A stretch of DNA of 17,579 nt, from NCBI GenBank assembly GCA_048939015.1, contig JBHLPW010000082.1, forward strand, positions 1-17,579, given 5' to 3'. The DNA comes from Promethearchaeota archaeon (GTDB lineage: Archaea > Asgardarchaeota > Lokiarchaeia > Sigyniarchaeales > SOKP01). Positions 14,763 to 17,579 of this stretch are shown one piece after another. A program made the position numbers and the translations under genes. The notes under the pieces are model-generated. The model was given only the letters and a program-made list of their open reading frames with translations. It had not been told where the DNA came from and ran no database searches. Position 1 is the stretch's first letter; each line of letters starts with the position of its first letter.

Positions 14763-15635
14763 ATGCACTCGATGATTATAACTCCACATCCCTCAGATCC
14801 AGAAGTTAAAATATTAAGTTGTGAATTTAAAAAGCGCGGGTATGAAGTTGAATACTTTATACCATCAACTATAAAAGTAGGAGTAGGTTTTCAGCGAGAT
14901 TTTTATAGACAATTTGAGCTCCTTGAGCCTAAAGCTGCTCTTGTAAGAGGATTTGGAGCCGGAGCAACTCAAAAAATATTTTTTAGACTAGATATTTTAA
15001 GGGCTTTAGAAGAATATGATATAAAACTAATTAATTCAAGAGAATCATTAGAAATTGCTAGTGATAAATTTTTAACCTCAGTATTTTTGGAAAATCATAA
15101 TATTCCTACTCCAAAAACTATAATTTGTGAAGATCCTCATAAAGCCTTAGAAGCCTTTGATGAATTGGGAGGAGATTGTGTTTTAAAGCCCTTGTATGGT
15201 TCAAAAGGAATTGGAATAACTAGATTAAATGATAAAGCATTTGCTGAAAACGTTATTTACACTCTTGGTCAGATAAATCAAGTTTTTTACTTACAGGAAT
15301 TTATTGAACATCATAATCGAGATATTAGAATTTTGGTATTAGGAGATAAGGCGATTACTGGAATGTATAGGGTAGGTGATAGTTGGAAAACAAATATCTA
15401 CGCAGGAGCGAAAGGAGAACCCATAGAACTAACATCTGAAATGAAAAGCCTTGCGATCAATGCCGCAAAAATAACTAAAACTGATATTGCTGGAGTTGAT
15501 ATAATAGAAAGCGAAAAAGGTCTTACTGTGTTGGAAGTTAATTCAATTCCAGGATTTACAGCATTACAAGAAGTTACTAATAGAAACATTGCTGAGGAGA
15601 TTATTAATTATTTTCTTGATAAAACTAGAAATTAG
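14763..15635 (+). CDS. RimK-family ATP-grasp alpha-L-glutamate ligase, probably tetrahydromethanopterin:alpha-L-glutamate ligase (MptN-like)
   Basis: ATP-grasp motifs DKFLTS...IPTPKT, VLKPLYGSKGIG, YLQEFI, DIRILV, WKTNI and GVDII...VLEVNSIPGF. ALVRG...IFFRLDILRALE resembles the MptN/Orf5 subgroup. SD AGGAG upstream. Confidence 0.85.
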   Translation: MHSMIITPHPSDPEVKILSCEFKKRGYEVEYFIPSTIKVGVGFQRDFYRQFELLEPKAALVRGFGAGATQKIFFRLDILRALEEYDIKLINSRESLEIASDKFLTSVFLENHNIPTPKTIICEDPHKALEAFDELGGDCVLKPLYGSKGIGITRLNDKAFAENVIYTLGQINQVFYLQEFIEHHNRDIRILVLGDKAITGMYRVGDSWKTNIYAGAKGEPIELTSEMKSLAINAAKITKTDIAGVDIIESEKGLTVLEVNSIPGFTALQEVTNRNIAEEIINYFLDKTRN

Positions 15636-15694
15636 ATTTTTGAAAATAAAAATTAAAATTAATAAAAATTAAGTTATAATTTGGTATAGCTTTT

Positions 15695-16030
15695 TTATAA
15701 GTCTTCAATCAATCCAATTATAAATGCTATAAGTACTAAAACAGCAGCTAAAATATCAGCAAATATTGCAAGCAATATTGCTAAAATAAAAAGTACTAAC
15801 CAATGGAACGGAATTGGATCGTTCGGTCTTATTCCAGTTAATAAAGTAATTATAACTACTACTAATCCAATTATAAAGTTAACAACAATATTAAGACCTA
15901 CATCAATTGGAAAGACTTGATATTGAGTACCAACACCCGTAAGCCTAATGATTAAATAGGCCAAACCTACTAAAGCGCCGACAATCGTCAAGAATTTCAT
16001 TAAGGCTTCGTTTTTATAATGTTTTTTCAT
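15695..16030 (-). CDS. Small integral membrane protein (3-4 TM)
   Basis: Highly hydrophobic 111-aa ORF with a strong SD (GGAGG) upstream on the minus strand. Confidence 0.8.
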   Translation of the reverse strand: MKKHYKNEALMKFLTIVGALVGLAYLIIRLTGVGTQYQVFPIDVGLNIVVNFIIGLVVVIITLLTGIRPNDPIPFHWLVLFILAILLAIFADILAAVLVLIAFIIGLIEDL

Positions 16031-16170
16031 TTAAAATCCTCCTAAGTAAAATAGTATTTTTAATTAGAGTTTTTGATTATTTAAGATTTTATTGTTTTCA
16101 ATTTTGAAATATCATTTTATTGGAATTAATTAATAAAACTTTATTTAACATTTAAACCAATCTAATAAAT

Positions 16171-17115
16171 ATGAATCCTGAATATTTTCAATCAAGATAT
16201 TTTCCTTTTGCTCATACTTATTCAATTGTTGCAAGAGACCCCGAAACTGGAGAAATGGGAGTTGGAGTGCAAAGTCATTGGTTTTCGGTTGGTAGTGTTG
16301 TTTCATGGGGTGAAGCTGGTGTGGGTGTTGTTGCTACGCAATCGCTTGTTAATGTATCTTATGGTTTACGAGGACTTGAACTTCTTAAACAAAATAAAAC
16401 ACCTGAGGAAGTGATAAATATACTAATCTCAGATGATGAAAGTAAAGATGTAAGGCAAGTAGCTATTTTAAATTCACAAGGACTTGTAGCTACTCACACA
16501 GGCGCAAAGTGTATAAAACAAGCAGGACATAAGATAGGAAAAAATTATTCTGTTCAGGCTAATATGATGCTATCTGATAAAGTATGGCCTGCTATGGCTA
16601 CATCTTTTGAAGATGGTAATGATTTACCATTACCAGAAAGAATAATTAAAAGTTTAGAAGCTGCGGAGTCTGTTGGAGGAGACATAAGAGGCAAACAATC
16701 TGCTGTATTATTGGTGGTTGCTGGTAAACCAACAGAGAATAGATGGGAAGATCCAAAAATTAACCTTAGAGTAGAAGACCATCGTGAGCCATTGAAAGAA
16801 TTAAAAAGATTATTAAAAATTTTTCGTGCATATGAACATATGAATAATGGAGATCTCGCTATAGAAAAAGGGGATATGGCTAAAGCCCTTGAAGAATATG
16901 ATACCGCGCAGAAAATGTTTCCAGATAATTTGGAAATGACATTTTGGACTGCAGTGTCTTTAGCAAATCAAAATCAGATGGATAAGGCTTTAAAATTGTT
17001 CAAAAGCATATTTAAAAAGGAGAAAAATTGGCGAACATTAGCTGAAAGACTTCCTCACTCAGAATTGTTGAATATAGAAGCTGAAGATATGAAAAAAATC
17101 TTATCTTTAAGATAA
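16171..17115 (+). CDS. DUF1028 (Ntn-hydrolase-like) protein with C-terminal TPR repeats
   Basis: TYSIVARDPETGEMGVGVQS...GVGVVATQS, RQVAIL, QANMM, GGDIRGKQSA and LRVEDHREPLKEL. TPR-like helices follow (GDMAKALEEYDTAQKMFPDN...). Confidence 0.9.
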   Translation: MNPEYFQSRYFPFAHTYSIVARDPETGEMGVGVQSHWFSVGSVVSWGEAGVGVVATQSLVNVSYGLRGLELLKQNKTPEEVINILISDDESKDVRQVAILNSQGLVATHTGAKCIKQAGHKIGKNYSVQANMMLSDKVWPAMATSFEDGNDLPLPERIIKSLEAAESVGGDIRGKQSAVLLVVAGKPTENRWEDPKINLRVEDHREPLKELKRLLKIFRAYEHMNNGDLAIEKGDMAKALEEYDTAQKMFPDNLEMTFWTAVSLANQNQMDKALKLFKSIFKKEKNWRTLAERLPHSELLNIEAEDMKKILSLR

Positions 17116-17179
17116 AACAATAGAGATTATTTCTTTCAGATTGATAATACCGTGATATTTCTGTGTTTTAAATAATAAT

Positions 17180-17368
17180 GTGAATGAAAAACAATTTGTG
17201 ATTGAAGAAAAAATAATACGGTATAAAAATGGAATATTGGCTGCAAAAGAGCTAAATAAAGGCAAGTATGCTGATCACACATACTACGAAAATAAAATTT
17301 CCAAATTTGAAAAGATGCTAAAATTTTATGAGGATTTAAAAGTTTGGAAGGAATTTTCTGGAAAATAA
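17180..17368 (+). CDS. Small hypothetical protein (62 aa, helical)
   Basis: GTG-started ORF with charged amphipathic helices that fills the gap between the DUF1028 gene and the convergent maf gene. Confidence 0.5.
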   Translation: MNEKQFVIEEKIIRYKNGILAAKELNKGKYADHTYYENKISKFEKMLKFYEDLKVWKEFSGK

Positions 17369-17448
17369 AATCATAAATGTTTTTTAGTTTCATTTACCTT
17401 ATAAAAATACTACCTCAAGTCCTGATTACATAAAATCTAAATGAATTT

Positions 17449-17579
17449 TTACCCAAGCAGAAATAAATCAGTTTGGAATTCTTTCTTTAGAATAAGATAA
17501 AGTTTATGCATTGATAATCCTATGACATTGGAAGATGAACCATTTATTTTTTTAATAAATAAACTTGCTTTATCTCTTA
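17449..17579 (-). CDS. maf: 3' end of a Maf family nucleoside-triphosphate pyrophosphatase (partial, runs off the window edge)
   Basis: Not in the ORF track. The minus-strand frame reads RDKASLFIKKINGSSSNVIGLSMHKLYLILKKEFQTDLFLLG*, matching the Maf C-terminal pattern (LFVERIEGSYSNVVGLP). Confidence 0.75.
   Translation of the reverse strand, partial: RDKASLFIKKINGSSSNVIGLSMHKLYLILKKEFQTDLFLLG

Noticed and set aside
4188-15635. Genome-wide amber (UAG) recoding
   Set aside because: TAG terminates several genes at their expected C-termini (4190, 9789, 10320, 15635).
15398-17393. Alternative ORFs at 15398 (-), 16208 (+) and 17136 (-)
   Set aside because: They overlap better-supported genes and have atypical composition.

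Overview
Very AT-rich archaeal DNA, most likely from an Asgard archaeon (Lokiarchaeia-like). This is inferred from gene content: an atypical small GTPase, a polytopic MCP-like protein, an MptN-like ATP-grasp ligase and DUF3795. The centrepiece is a compact four-gene cluster on the + strand (4392-10320). It encodes a degenerate classical-AAA (CDC48/PAN/Vps4-like) protein lacking catalytic motifs, a 1153-aa SMC ATPase with head and hinge motifs closer to eukaryotic Smc5/Smc6 than to canonical prokaryotic Smc, a short kleisin (ScpA/Nse4-like) and a KITE subunit (ScpB/Nse1-like). To the left are ArsR and TetR regulators, an MCP-like receptor with a CheY-like receiver, and a DUF3795 protein. To the right are an MglA-like small GTPase with an unknown partner, a solo Zn-finger-less TnpB-related gene with a candidate omegaRNA, a coiled-coil hypothetical protein, a RimK/MptN-type ligase, a small membrane protein, a DUF1028-TPR protein, a small ORF and the 3' end of a maf gene. 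All family calls come from motif recognition by eye; no database searches were run.
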